Assembly (NCBI GenBank): GCA_036338595.1
Contig: JAYZBV010000075.1
Span: 1-40,021 of the forward strand
Length of the DNA: 40,021 nucleotides
From: Planctomycetota bacterium
Lineage (GTDB): Bacteria > Planctomycetota > UBA8108 > UBA1146
Direction: 5' to 3'
Positions 8,577 to 16,931 of this stretch are shown here, piece by piece. The notes under the pieces are model-generated. The model did not search any database and was not told where the DNA came from. It saw only the letters and a program-made list of their open reading frames with translations. The translations under genes and the position numbers were made by a program. Position 1 is the first letter of the stretch. Every line of letters starts with the position of its first letter.

Positions 8577-9551
8577 TCAGCGCTGCAGGTCGAATGGATC
8601 CCACCCTCCGCAGACCTCTGTACCGAGTTCATCCGTTGCCAGCGATTGTCCGCCGATCTTCACGTCGACCTCGCCAGTTGTGCCCTCCTCGATGATTCCG
8701 AGCAGATGCCAGTCCGTTCCCTGTTCGCTGGCGATCGCCTCGAAGTGCGCCATCGAGGTAGCGTCGATGGCGAGCAGTAACTCGTAATCCTCACCCCCTG
8801 CCAGGACCATCTCCTTGGAGATGTCCTCCGTCACCAGGGCATCGATATCGATGTTTGCCGCACACCCGCTGGCCTGACAGAGTCGGCGAAGATCGAGCAG
8901 TAACCCATCACTGATGTCGATGGCGGCGGTGACGATGCGGTCTGGTGGGGGCACCGCGGCGAGAGCAGCAGAAAGATCGACTCTGGGGATGGGTTCGCTC
9001 CAGCGGTCTTCGGCGACAGGTTGTACACCCCATGAGATCTCTTGCCTGGCCCTCGAGGCGTGGCCCGGATTGCCCGTCACGACCAGCAGGTCTCCCGTTT
9101 GCGCACCGCTTCGGCGCCATTCTCGCCCGGCGGCAACCCTGCCGAGAAAGGTGCAGTGGATCGAAAGAGGGCCTTCGCTGCGAGTCACATTGCCACCGAG
9201 CAACTGGACATCCAGGTCACGGCATTCTTCATCGATGGCGAGCCAGAACGGGTCGCCGAGTCGCCCTGGCAACTTCGCACTCTCGACAGAGAGAAGAAAA
9301 CCAACGGGGGTAGCACCCATCGCTGCCAGGTCGCTGACGCTGGATCGGATCACTCGTCTCGCCAGTGTCTGATCATCGAGCCAGTGGTCGAGATAGTGCT
9401 GTCCCTCGATCAGGGCATCGACGGTGAGCACTGCACGGTCATCACCGAGTGAAGGAGAGAGTGCCGCATCATCGCCGGGTCCCAGCTGTCCATCCTCATG
9501 CGCGCCACTTCGAGGAATGATGAAGTTCTCGATCCACTCCAGTTCGGTCAA
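8577..9551 (-). CDS. thiL: Thiamine-monophosphate kinase ThiL
   Basis: Motifs GPGDDAA, SDLAAMGA, AIDISDGLLLDL and GGEDYELL; 4-nt overlap with the upstream antiporter. Confidence 0.92.
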   Translation of the reverse strand: MTELEWIENFIIPRSGAHEDGQLGPGDDAALSPSLGDDRAVLTVDALIEGQHYLDHWLDDQTLARRVIRSSVSDLAAMGATPVGFLLSVESAKLPGRLGDPFWLAIDEECRDLDVQLLGGNVTRSEGPLSIHCTFLGRVAAGREWRRSGAQTGDLLVVTGNPGHASRARQEISWGVQPVAEDRWSEPIPRVDLSAALAAVPPPDRIVTAAIDISDGLLLDLRRLCQASGCAANIDIDALVTEDISKEMVLAGGEDYELLLAIDATSMAHFEAIASEQGTDWHLLGIIEEGTTGEVDVKIGGQSLATDELGTEVCGGWDPFDLQR

Positions 9552-11182
9552 GGCGTCGACTCCTCTCCGTGGGCTCCAGGTACCGGATCCGGAAAATCTT
9601 CCAGCAGCAAGATGTCGATCTCTGCCTGAACATCTTGCAGCGCTTCATCGGACAGGATCCCCTCGCGGTATGCATCCTCGACCGCGCTCCGTTGACGGTG
9701 CAGCAGGCGGATCACCACATCTCGAACCTGCTCGGCAGCAAACTCGGGATGATCTTCGAGCACCTGGTTGAGGTCCTGGTGGATCGTATCCCGGATCGTC
9801 AGCAGCCGTTCCCGCAGGGATGCCACCCGATCGGGGTCTATCTCGGTGCTCGAAACCGCATCGGCGAGTTCTTCGAGTGCGGTCTCGACTGCGATGGAGC
9901 GGGCCTGATGTCTTTCCCAGCGCCGCCTGGCTTCGCGTGGCCTGACGATCTTCAAGAGCCTCAGAAGCGGCTTGACGGTGGTGCCCTGGATCAACATCGA
10001 GAGCATCACAACACCTGCGACGATCGCCTGGATCCTCGGAGCGATCTCGAACAGGGATGTCGACTCAGCGATACCGAGGGCGAGAGCGACGGGCACCGTG
10101 CCCTTGAGACCTCCCCAGTGGATGATGTGTAGCCACGAGCGGGGGTAGGCGCCGCGAATCGCCTGATCCGCGCCTCCGATGGCGTACGTCATCAAGGCCC
10201 TGGCTGCAGTGCTGGCGAGCCAGACCATGACCACCGTGGGGAAGTTCTCGACCACCAGCATCGGATCGACGGCGAATCCGAGGGCGATGAAGGCGAGCGA
10301 GTTGGCGACAAAGGCGATCACTTCCCAGGTCAGGCCCAGGCTCAAGATGGCAGTGGCACTCATCGATGAACGGCGACCGACATTTCCCACCATCAAGCCG
10401 GCAAAGACCACGGCGATCACTCCTGAAGCTTCCAGATACTCCGCCAGCTGATAGGAGCCGTACGCCAGCAGTATCGAGAAGAGCACCTCGACCAGGTGTT
10501 CATGGATGCGCTCGATCAGCCAGTTGACGAGAGCTCCCAGTGACAGGCCGATGAAGGCTCCGATGCCGATCATGCGCAGGAAGGTCAGAACTCCTTCACT
10601 GACAGTGATGTCATCCCAGCCCTGATCCATGCCACGCATCAGAAGGATGTACATCACGACCACGAGGCCGTCGTTGAAGAGCGATTCACCCTCGACGATG
10701 GTGGAGAGTCGCTTTTCTACCCCCTGCTCGCGAAAGATGGCGATCACGCTGACCGGATCGGTGGGACTCACCATCGCGCCCAGCAGCAACGACACATCCC
10801 AGTCCCATCCGGTCAGTGAACGGATCGCTGCGGTGGTGATCAGGATGCAGCCGAATGTGCCGAGCATCGCCATGGTGCCGATCAGGGTGCCATTTTCTCG
10901 TAGTTTGGCGAAGGGAGTGTTCATGGCGCCGTCGAAGAGCAGCGGCGGTAACAGGATCAGTAGGATGACCTCTTGGGTCAACTCGAAATGCCCGGCTCCA
11001 CTTGGCAGGATACCCTGGTGGCGCAGAAACCCGATCGCGGTCCCGGCGACGACGAGACCCACGGTATACGGGATCCGAAGTCTGCGCGTGACCAGCGCCA
11101 CCAGCATCGCTCCCAGCAGCAGGAGCAGCAGGTCATCGAGCAATGGCAGCGACTGTGTCGCCAGCATCAGGGACGGATTCAT
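9548..11182 (-). CDS. CPA1-family (NhaP-like) Na+/H+ antiporter with a cytoplasmic C-terminal domain
   Basis: Motifs LLPPLLF, SPTDPVSV, EGESLFNDG, SGVIAVV and WGGLKG; about 12-13 hydrophobic segments; start ATG 11182 behind GAAGGAG. Confidence 0.92.
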   Translation of the reverse strand: MNPSLMLATQSLPLLDDLLLLLLGAMLVALVTRRLRIPYTVGLVVAGTAIGFLRHQGILPSGAGHFELTQEVILLILLPPLLFDGAMNTPFAKLRENGTLIGTMAMLGTFGCILITTAAIRSLTGWDWDVSLLLGAMVSPTDPVSVIAIFREQGVEKRLSTIVEGESLFNDGLVVVMYILLMRGMDQGWDDITVSEGVLTFLRMIGIGAFIGLSLGALVNWLIERIHEHLVEVLFSILLAYGSYQLAEYLEASGVIAVVFAGLMVGNVGRRSSMSATAILSLGLTWEVIAFVANSLAFIALGFAVDPMLVVENFPTVVMVWLASTAARALMTYAIGGADQAIRGAYPRSWLHIIHWGGLKGTVPVALALGIAESTSLFEIAPRIQAIVAGVVMLSMLIQGTTVKPLLRLLKIVRPREARRRWERHQARSIAVETALEELADAVSSTEIDPDRVASLRERLLTIRDTIHQDLNQVLEDHPEFAAEQVRDVVIRLLHRQRSAVEDAYREGILSDEALQDVQAEIDILLLEDFPDPVPGAHGEESTP

Positions 11183-11263
11183 CCGCACTCCTTCCGGCAA
11201 GAGAGTGCCCCGTGACGGCGGTGCGGGCAAGGATCCTTGCCCCATCGATCTCGATACGATCTG

Positions 11264-12418
11264 ATGCCAGCACGAGGGAGGCGCGACTTGGCGGCACCAC
11301 ATCGATCCCCACCAGCGGGTTTGGCACTGCGGCCGTCGCTGCGGCTGTTCTGCTGTGTACCGCTGCTACTGTGGATGACTGGCTGCACTTCGATGATCCC
11401 TGTGCAGCCGGAGGCGGTCTTTTCGGCACGGATCCTGGATGCCGGACTGGACAGTTCCGATCCATGGGCCGCTGCCCACCTGATGCTGGCGTTCCCCGGT
11501 GCCGATCGGCTCGCCAGCCTGAGGTCCCGATGGATCGACCTGATCCAGGACGACACGGCCCGGATCCCACTCCATGGCGAGGACGGGAATCGGGGAGAGC
11601 AACATCCGCATCTGATGCTTCGCACCGCAGCCTGGGTGCTGCCATCGACTCACACACCGCACCTGAAGGATCGAATCGAGCGCGCCCTCGCCCGCACGAG
11701 AAGGCCGGCAAACTGGCAGCAGATCAATGATCTTGCGTGGCTGATCGAGGCGGCGGCGGTGCTGAAACTGGCCGCAACGACCCCGACCGTGGATGGAGAT
11801 CTGGCATCGCTGGCGAGGATCCTGGTGGCGGCGATCGAGGAATCGGATCAGGTCGTCCAGAGATGCCTCGAAGAGGGCGATCAGCGTCCCGATGGGATGC
11901 AGGGTCCTGCCATCGCCGGCACCTGGGCCTACACCTGCGGGGGCATGCACATCCTTTCAGCACTGGCGGAATCGGTCGCTGCTGGATATCTGCAGGAATC
12001 GGATCGAGATCGCGTGATCGGGAGCCTGTTGCTGCTGACCAGGCGCCTTCCCTGGGAGTTGCAGTTTCGACTCGACGAGGAGCAGAGGGCGCTGGCGGTG
12101 GGGGCATCCCCGCGTCGTGCGGCCCGGCATGCCGTGCTCGCACGCATGAAACTGGCGGGCCATGGCCTCGATCTACTGGGACGCTGCCGGGCACTCGATC
12201 TGTTGTCGAAGAAGCAGGTCGCCGAGGCCGCAGAAAGTTGCCTCGCTGCGGCGAGTCAGGTCAAGATCAGGATGGTCGAGGAGGTGGACCCCTCCGGGAT
12301 TCTGCTCTCTGGCGAGACGCAGGAGAGCGATAGCGGCACCTGGGAACGGGCCTTCGGAGATGGCTGTCACCTGTTGCGTGGGCTGGTCGTATGGCATTCG
12401 AACTCGCTTCGAGAATGA
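11264..12418 (+). CDS. Predicted lipoprotein of unknown function with spaced His/Cys motifs
   Basis: Hydrophobic stretch ending LLLWMTG-C; motifs DPWAAAH, GEQHPH, YTCGGMH, LAGHGLD and DGCHLLRGL; start uncertain (11237 or 11264). Confidence 0.8.
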   Translation: MPARGRRDLAAPHRSPPAGLALRPSLRLFCCVPLLLWMTGCTSMIPVQPEAVFSARILDAGLDSSDPWAAAHLMLAFPGADRLASLRSRWIDLIQDDTARIPLHGEDGNRGEQHPHLMLRTAAWVLPSTHTPHLKDRIERALARTRRPANWQQINDLAWLIEAAAVLKLAATTPTVDGDLASLARILVAAIEESDQVVQRCLEEGDQRPDGMQGPAIAGTWAYTCGGMHILSALAESVAAGYLQESDRDRVIGSLLLLTRRLPWELQFRLDEEQRALAVGASPRRAARHAVLARMKLAGHGLDLLGRCRALDLLSKKQVAEAAESCLAAASQVKIRMVEEVDPSGILLSGETQESDSGTWERAFGDGCHLLRGLVVWHSNSLRE

Positions 12419-12483
12419 ACATTTCGAGCGGCGAGAATCGTCGCCGAGCCTCTTGCCAGAGAACGGCTTCGAGATGACGATTC

Positions 12484-12534
12484 ATGGTGCCAGTAGCGAG
12501 ATGGTGCCAGCAGCGAGATGGTGCCAGTAGCCAG
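12484..12534 (+). repeat. Intergenic 17-bp tandem repeat x3
   Basis: ATGGTGCCAGTAGCGAG, ATGGTGCCAGCAGCGAG, ATGGTGCCAGTAGCCAG. Confidence 0.92.
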
Positions 12535-12564
12535 GCGATGGCACGGAATGGAAAGGAAGCGAGC

Positions 12565-13740
12565 GTGGTCGGATCGAACAGGATCGCACAGATCGGCACC
12601 TATGCGATGGCCGCCGTGCGTGAGCGCACAGAGGCGTTGCGAGCCAGAGGCCTTTCTCCCGTCGATTTTGGCATGGGGGATCCTTCCGCTCCGACCCCCG
12701 AGTTCATCCGCAGAGCCTGTGCCGAGGGGATCGAGCGTCACGCGGCCAGCGGCTACCCACCCTTCGCAGGTAGTGCTCCCTTTCGCCAGGCGGTCGTCAA
12801 CTGGATCGATGGCCGCTTCGGTGTCGCCATCGACCCGGACACGGAAATCGTCTCTTCGGTCGGTTCGAAGGAATCGATCTTCCACCTTCCAGAGGCGTTG
12901 ATCGATCCCGGTGATGTGGTGATCTGTCCCGATCCTGGCTATCCCCCCTACGGTGGGGGAACGATGTTCGCCGAGGGGGAACCGTATTATCTTCCCATCC
13001 AGAAGCGCACCGACTTCCTTCCCGATCTCGATTCGATTCCAGACTCCATCGCAGAACGGGCGCGCATCTTCTGGCTCACGACACCATCGAGCCCTTCGGG
13101 TCGCATCGCATCATCGGAGTTTCTCAGGAGCTGGGTCCAGTGGTGCCGCGACCGGAATATCGTCGCCTGTAGTGACGAGGCGTACTCCGAGATCTACTTC
13201 GACCAGCCACCGCCTTCGGCTCTGCAGCAGGGCAAGGAGGGAGTGCTGGTCTTCAACTCTCTCTCCAAGCGATCGGCCATGACCGGCTATCGAGTCGGCT
13301 GGGTTGCAGGCGATGCACGGATCATCGCACTGTATCGAAAGCTGAAGGCCAACATCGATACCGGCACACCCTGGTTCATCCAGGAGGCAGCGATGGCCGC
13401 TTATTCGGATGAGAGTCATGTCGCCGAGATGAGGGATGGCTACCGGAAACGACGCGATCTGTTCGTATCCGCATTTGAAGCCGCGGGTCTGCCTCGCAGT
13501 GAACCGGAGGCGAGCCTGTATGTGTGGCAGCAGGCGCCTGAGGGTGTGACCAGCACGGCGCTCGCCGAGGCACTGCTCGACGAGAAGATTCTCGCCGTGA
13601 CGATCCCATCGGCGGCGCTGCTGGGGGATCCATCCCAACATGGACCTGACGAACAGTATGTCCGACTCTCGATGGTCGCTACCTGGGAAGAGAGCGAGCG
13701 GATCGCGGCCGCCATCGCCGAGCATCTGCGCCTCGGCTAG
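12565..13740 (+). CDS. PLP-dependent class I/II aminotransferase, DapC/LL-diaminopimelate aminotransferase-like
   Basis: Motifs GMGDPSAPTP, GSKESIFHL, PDPGYPPY, SDEAYSEIY and FNSLSKRSAMTGYRVGW (PLP lysine); start set at GTG 12565 behind GAAAGGA. Confidence 0.85.
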   Translation: MVGSNRIAQIGTYAMAAVRERTEALRARGLSPVDFGMGDPSAPTPEFIRRACAEGIERHAASGYPPFAGSAPFRQAVVNWIDGRFGVAIDPDTEIVSSVGSKESIFHLPEALIDPGDVVICPDPGYPPYGGGTMFAEGEPYYLPIQKRTDFLPDLDSIPDSIAERARIFWLTTPSSPSGRIASSEFLRSWVQWCRDRNIVACSDEAYSEIYFDQPPPSALQQGKEGVLVFNSLSKRSAMTGYRVGWVAGDARIIALYRKLKANIDTGTPWFIQEAAMAAYSDESHVAEMRDGYRKRRDLFVSAFEAAGLPRSEPEASLYVWQQAPEGVTSTALAEALLDEKILAVTIPSAALLGDPSQHGPDEQYVRLSMVATWEESERIAAAIAEHLRLG

Positions 13741-14312
13741 TCGCTGGAGCACTCTCGTTCGAGCATCTTGGCGGCAGCGCGCAACACCTCCGGATCGGCC
13801 ACCTTGTGCAGCGAATCGAGCAGCAGCGTCAACGATTTCCTGGAGTGCCCGGTCCTCAGTGCGCCTCGCAGGTGGGAATGCAGCGGTCGCAGACGTGCCT
13901 GGCCGATCAACGATGAGACGGCCAGCGCCTCGATGGCATCACTGGAAAGCCAGGAGGATTCCATCACCGTGCCGTAGGCGAACTCGATGATCCATCTCTC
14001 CAGATCCCCGTGGCGTTCTCGCAGGGATGTTCGGACCTTCTCCTGACCGTCGCCGTAAATCTGCCCGAAGAAACTCTCGGGCTGGCTCGTTTCGTTGCGG
14101 GGGAAGGGCGCCACATCGGGGTGCAGTTCGCGTAACCAACCGAGAGACTCGACCGCCGCCGGGAAGCCGCTGTAGGGAATCGATTGCAGGATCGCCTCTT
14201 CCACCTCGGCCAGCGGGCACTTACCGAGGGCTCTCTCGAGGGCGATGCGAGGATCGAGCCGCTCGGGAGCGGCGAGAGCGAAGGAGAGGTGGCAGCAGGG
14301 GAGAATCTCCAT
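13737..14312 (-). CDS. Carboxymuconolactone decarboxylase / AhpD-fold protein
   Basis: EEAILQSIPYSGFPAA, WIIEFAYG and LHSHLRGALRTG match the CMD family pattern; no CxxC; GGAGG upstream. Confidence 0.75.
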   Translation of the reverse strand: MEILPCCHLSFALAAPERLDPRIALERALGKCPLAEVEEAILQSIPYSGFPAAVESLGWLRELHPDVAPFPRNETSQPESFFGQIYGDGQEKVRTSLRERHGDLERWIIEFAYGTVMESSWLSSDAIEALAVSSLIGQARLRPLHSHLRGALRTGHSRKSLTLLLDSLHKVADPEVLRAAAKMLERECSSD

Positions 14313-14457
14313 GACCGGAGGGTAGAGACTCGGATCCCATCCATCCAGTCATCGCAGATCCGACAGCGCATCGGTCGAGACGGTGTGCGCTGGACTTGCT
14401 GGCATCGGGGAGCGATGATCGGACTGCTGCTCGTGGATGGCAGGGGAGGAGTGATCG

Positions 14458-15081
14458 ATGCTGAAGATGCCGCTCTGGTTGCCGCTGATTCTCGTCGCCT
14501 GCCAGCCGATTGCTGACCATCGGCAGGAAGAAACCACCGTCCAGGTGGGCAGGTCGCTTCCCCATGAGCAGGTGCAGCAACTGATCTTTTTCGCCGTCCT
14601 CGAGGGGCTATACAGCGATGGTGTCGAGACCCGCATCGCCAGCGTCATCGCCACCATCGATGAACCGGAAGGGATTCCTCAACACTTCGTCTATGGCTGT
14701 CCCATCTGCATGCCCGCCCTCGATGCGTTTCGCGTCTATGCCGCGCGTCCAGGTTTCTACCGTGACAAGATCGGGCGCGATACCTTTGGCGCCGGCCTCG
14801 ATCCTGCAATTGAGGCCAGACTTCTCTCCGATGACAGCCAGCAGCGTCGCGACGCACTGCAGCAGTTGATCGATCGGTGGGTCGATGAGAGGATCGCCAC
14901 TTCGGGATTCGATGATCAGCAGCGAGATGCCCTGACCTTGTCGTTGAAGGAGATGAGAAAGAAGGGGATGGGGTTGCTGTACCAGTTCCAGTCGGAAGAG
15001 GGCCCGGATATCTTTCTCGATTTCTACCGTGATTGGCAGGCCTGTCCCAGTTGTGACGGAGCCAACGGCGACGCTCCTTGA
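14458..15081 (+). CDS. Predicted lipoprotein with two CxxC motifs
   Basis: N-terminus ends LPLILVA-C; IFFAVLEGLYSDGV, FVYGCPICMPALDAF and C-terminal ACPSCDGA; GGAGG Shine-Dalgarno. Confidence 0.8.
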   Translation: MLKMPLWLPLILVACQPIADHRQEETTVQVGRSLPHEQVQQLIFFAVLEGLYSDGVETRIASVIATIDEPEGIPQHFVYGCPICMPALDAFRVYAARPGFYRDKIGRDTFGAGLDPAIEARLLSDDSQQRRDALQQLIDRWVDERIATSGFDDQQRDALTLSLKEMRKKGMGLLYQFQSEEGPDIFLDFYRDWQACPSCDGANGDAP

Positions 15082-15133
15082 ACGGAGCTTCATGCTCCTT
15101 GAGGGTTGCGCCAAACTGAAGGGGGAACGGTTC

Positions 15134-15958
15134 GTGAATGATCGCAGCGATGTCCGGATCGCGTTCATCAATCAGAAGGGTGGTGTCGGCAAGACGACGC
15201 TCGCCCTCAACTGTGCTGTGGGGTGGGCGAGACTCGGCTTTCGTGTGCTGATGATCGACCTCGACCCACAGGCGCACCTGACTCTCTCCCTCGGCGATTC
15301 ATTGACCGACGCCAGCTTCGAGCGGATCGAGAACAGCACCATCGAAGCTGCCTTGCGTCGCGAGAAGCCGCTGACGGAGTGTATCTTCGAGGTTCCTGCC
15401 GAAAATGTGTCGCTGGTTCCTTCCCATATCGACCTCTCCGGTGCCGAAGGAGAACTCTCGCAGGAACTGGGTCGTGAATTGTTGCTGCGCGATGCTCTCG
15501 ACACCCTCGATGACCGCTTCGATCTGGTGCTTCTCGATTGCCCTCCATCGCTGGGTCTGCTGTCACTCAACGCCCTCGCTGCGGCAGACGAGGTGGTCGT
15601 GCCGGTGCAGGCGGAGTACCTGGCATTGCAGGGCATGGCCCAGTTGATGAAGGTCATCACGCTGGTCCAGGAGCGCCTCCATCCGGGCCTGAAGTGGAAT
15701 GCGGTGGTGCCGACGATGGTCGATCCTCGCACACGACTCTCGCGAGAGGTGGTCGAGGAACTCAGACGACATTTCCCCGATCAGTTGACCCGTACGCAGA
15801 TCCCGTCACGGGTCAAGGTGGCGGAGGCGCCATCGTTTGGTCTCTCCATCTTCGGCCATGATCCGAGCGGCCCGGCGGCAGGAGAGATCGAGGATCTGTG
15901 TCAGGAACTGATCGAGCGTCTCTCGCTGACGATTCCCGAGCCAGATACTGCCATCTGA
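15134..15958 (+). CDS. parA: ParA/Soj-family ATPase
   Basis: Deviant Walker A NQKGGVGKTT; IDLDPQAHLT; LLDCPPSLGLL; PVQAEYLALQG; EAPSFG; start set at GTG 15134. Confidence 0.93.
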   Translation: MNDRSDVRIAFINQKGGVGKTTLALNCAVGWARLGFRVLMIDLDPQAHLTLSLGDSLTDASFERIENSTIEAALRREKPLTECIFEVPAENVSLVPSHIDLSGAEGELSQELGRELLLRDALDTLDDRFDLVLLDCPPSLGLLSLNALAAADEVVVPVQAEYLALQGMAQLMKVITLVQERLHPGLKWNAVVPTMVDPRTRLSREVVEELRRHFPDQLTRTQIPSRVKVAEAPSFGLSIFGHDPSGPAAGEIEDLCQELIERLSLTIPEPDTAI

Positions 15959-16036
15959 CCCTTCAGATTTTTCTCCTGAATGCCGAAGAGGAAGGTGTAG
16001 AGAAGAACCACCTCAGAAGATCAGTCAGGAGACCCC

Positions 16037-16291
16037 GTGGCCAAGTCGCTCAATCAAGAAGAACTCGAGTTCGTGCGTGCCATCGAGCAGTACAAGAAGA
16101 AGAACGACAAACTGTTCCTGTCCTGGACGGAAGTACTCAGCATCGTCAAGAAACTGGGCTACAACCGCCCGGTTCAGGCTCGTGCAGGGTCTGCGCGTTG
16201 CGCCGCCGCCCCGATCAAGCCCGCCAGGAAGGCCGCAGCAGCCAAGAAGGCTGTCTCCGGCAAGACCGCCACCAAGAAGGTGGCTTCCTAG
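16037..16291 (+). CDS. Small basic protein: planctomycete-type helical domain plus Lys/Ala-rich histone-H1-like tail
   Basis: EELEFVRAIEQYKKKNDKLFLSWTEVLSIVKKLGY followed by IKPARKAAAAKKAVSGKTATKKVAS; AGGAG Shine-Dalgarno; terminator downstream. Confidence 0.85.
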   Translation: MAKSLNQEELEFVRAIEQYKKKNDKLFLSWTEVLSIVKKLGYNRPVQARAGSARCAAAPIKPARKAAAAKKAVSGKTATKKVAS

Positions 16292-16315
16292 CCCCTCACC
16301 CAGCATCCATCCCCG

Positions 16316-16375
16316 CCTCCCCTCTGGGTCGTGGCAGCCAAACGGCGCCATTTCGGCTCAGAGGGGTGGTTTTTT
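16316..16375 (+). terminator. Intrinsic terminator (long hairpin plus U-tract)
   Basis: CCCCTCTG (16319-16326) / CAGAGGGG (16359-16366), extended by GGTCG/CGGCT, TGGC/GCCA and GCC/GGC; TTTTTT at 16370-16375. Confidence 0.75.
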
Positions 16376-16577
16376 GATAAACCTGCCCAAAATCGGTAAG
16401 TCCTGTCCTTGGAAGGGGAAAGGGCAAATGGGGCTGTTGCGGCACCCGGTTCCCCGTGATAGCCTCGATTGTCACAAACCCGTGTGGCACCGGGATCTAC
16501 AGGTGGATCCTCGATTTCGGTGACGCTTGATCGAAAGATCGAGATTACGGAAGCCAGATCGGGAAGGAGCGCGCGCC

Positions 16578-16928
16578 ATGAACACCATCACCAAGCGCGA
16601 TCTTGTACAGCGGATCTCGGAGAACACCAAGGTCCAGCAGCAGAAGGCGAAGGAAGTCATCCAGGGTTTCCTCGACGAGATCATCGCCGAACTCGCCTCT
16701 GGGAATCGTCTCGAGTTTCGTGATTTCGGGGTCTTCGAGCCGAAGGCGAAGGCGCCTCGTACCGCCCGCAATCCGCGCACCGGTGCTCGCATCCAGGTGC
16801 CCGAAAAAGTCACGGTGAAGTTCAAGGCAGGCCGCATGATGAAGGAAAAGATGCAGCCGACTCCAAAGCCTGAAGCCACTCCACCCGAGCCCGGCTTCCC
16901 CGATGCCCCCTCGGCTCCGGCGCCCTAG
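16578..16928 (+). CDS. HU/IHF-family nucleoid protein with a Pro-rich C-terminal extension
   Basis: MNTITKRDLV, LEFRDFGVF, RTARNPRTG and VKFKAGR; GAAGGAG Shine-Dalgarno. Confidence 0.95.
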   Translation: MNTITKRDLVQRISENTKVQQQKAKEVIQGFLDEIIAELASGNRLEFRDFGVFEPKAKAPRTARNPRTGARIQVPEKVTVKFKAGRMMKEKMQPTPKPEATPPEPGFPDAPSAPAP

Positions 16929-16931
16929 CCG

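Noticed and set aside
12484..12534. Mini-CRISPR, or a copy of the 16S 515F site (GTGCCAGCAGC)
   Set aside because: Units are adjacent with no spacers and no cas genes are present; an 11-nt match in GC-rich DNA is expected by chance
14458..15081. c-type cytochrome
   Set aside because: The motifs are CPICM and CPSCD, not CxxCH
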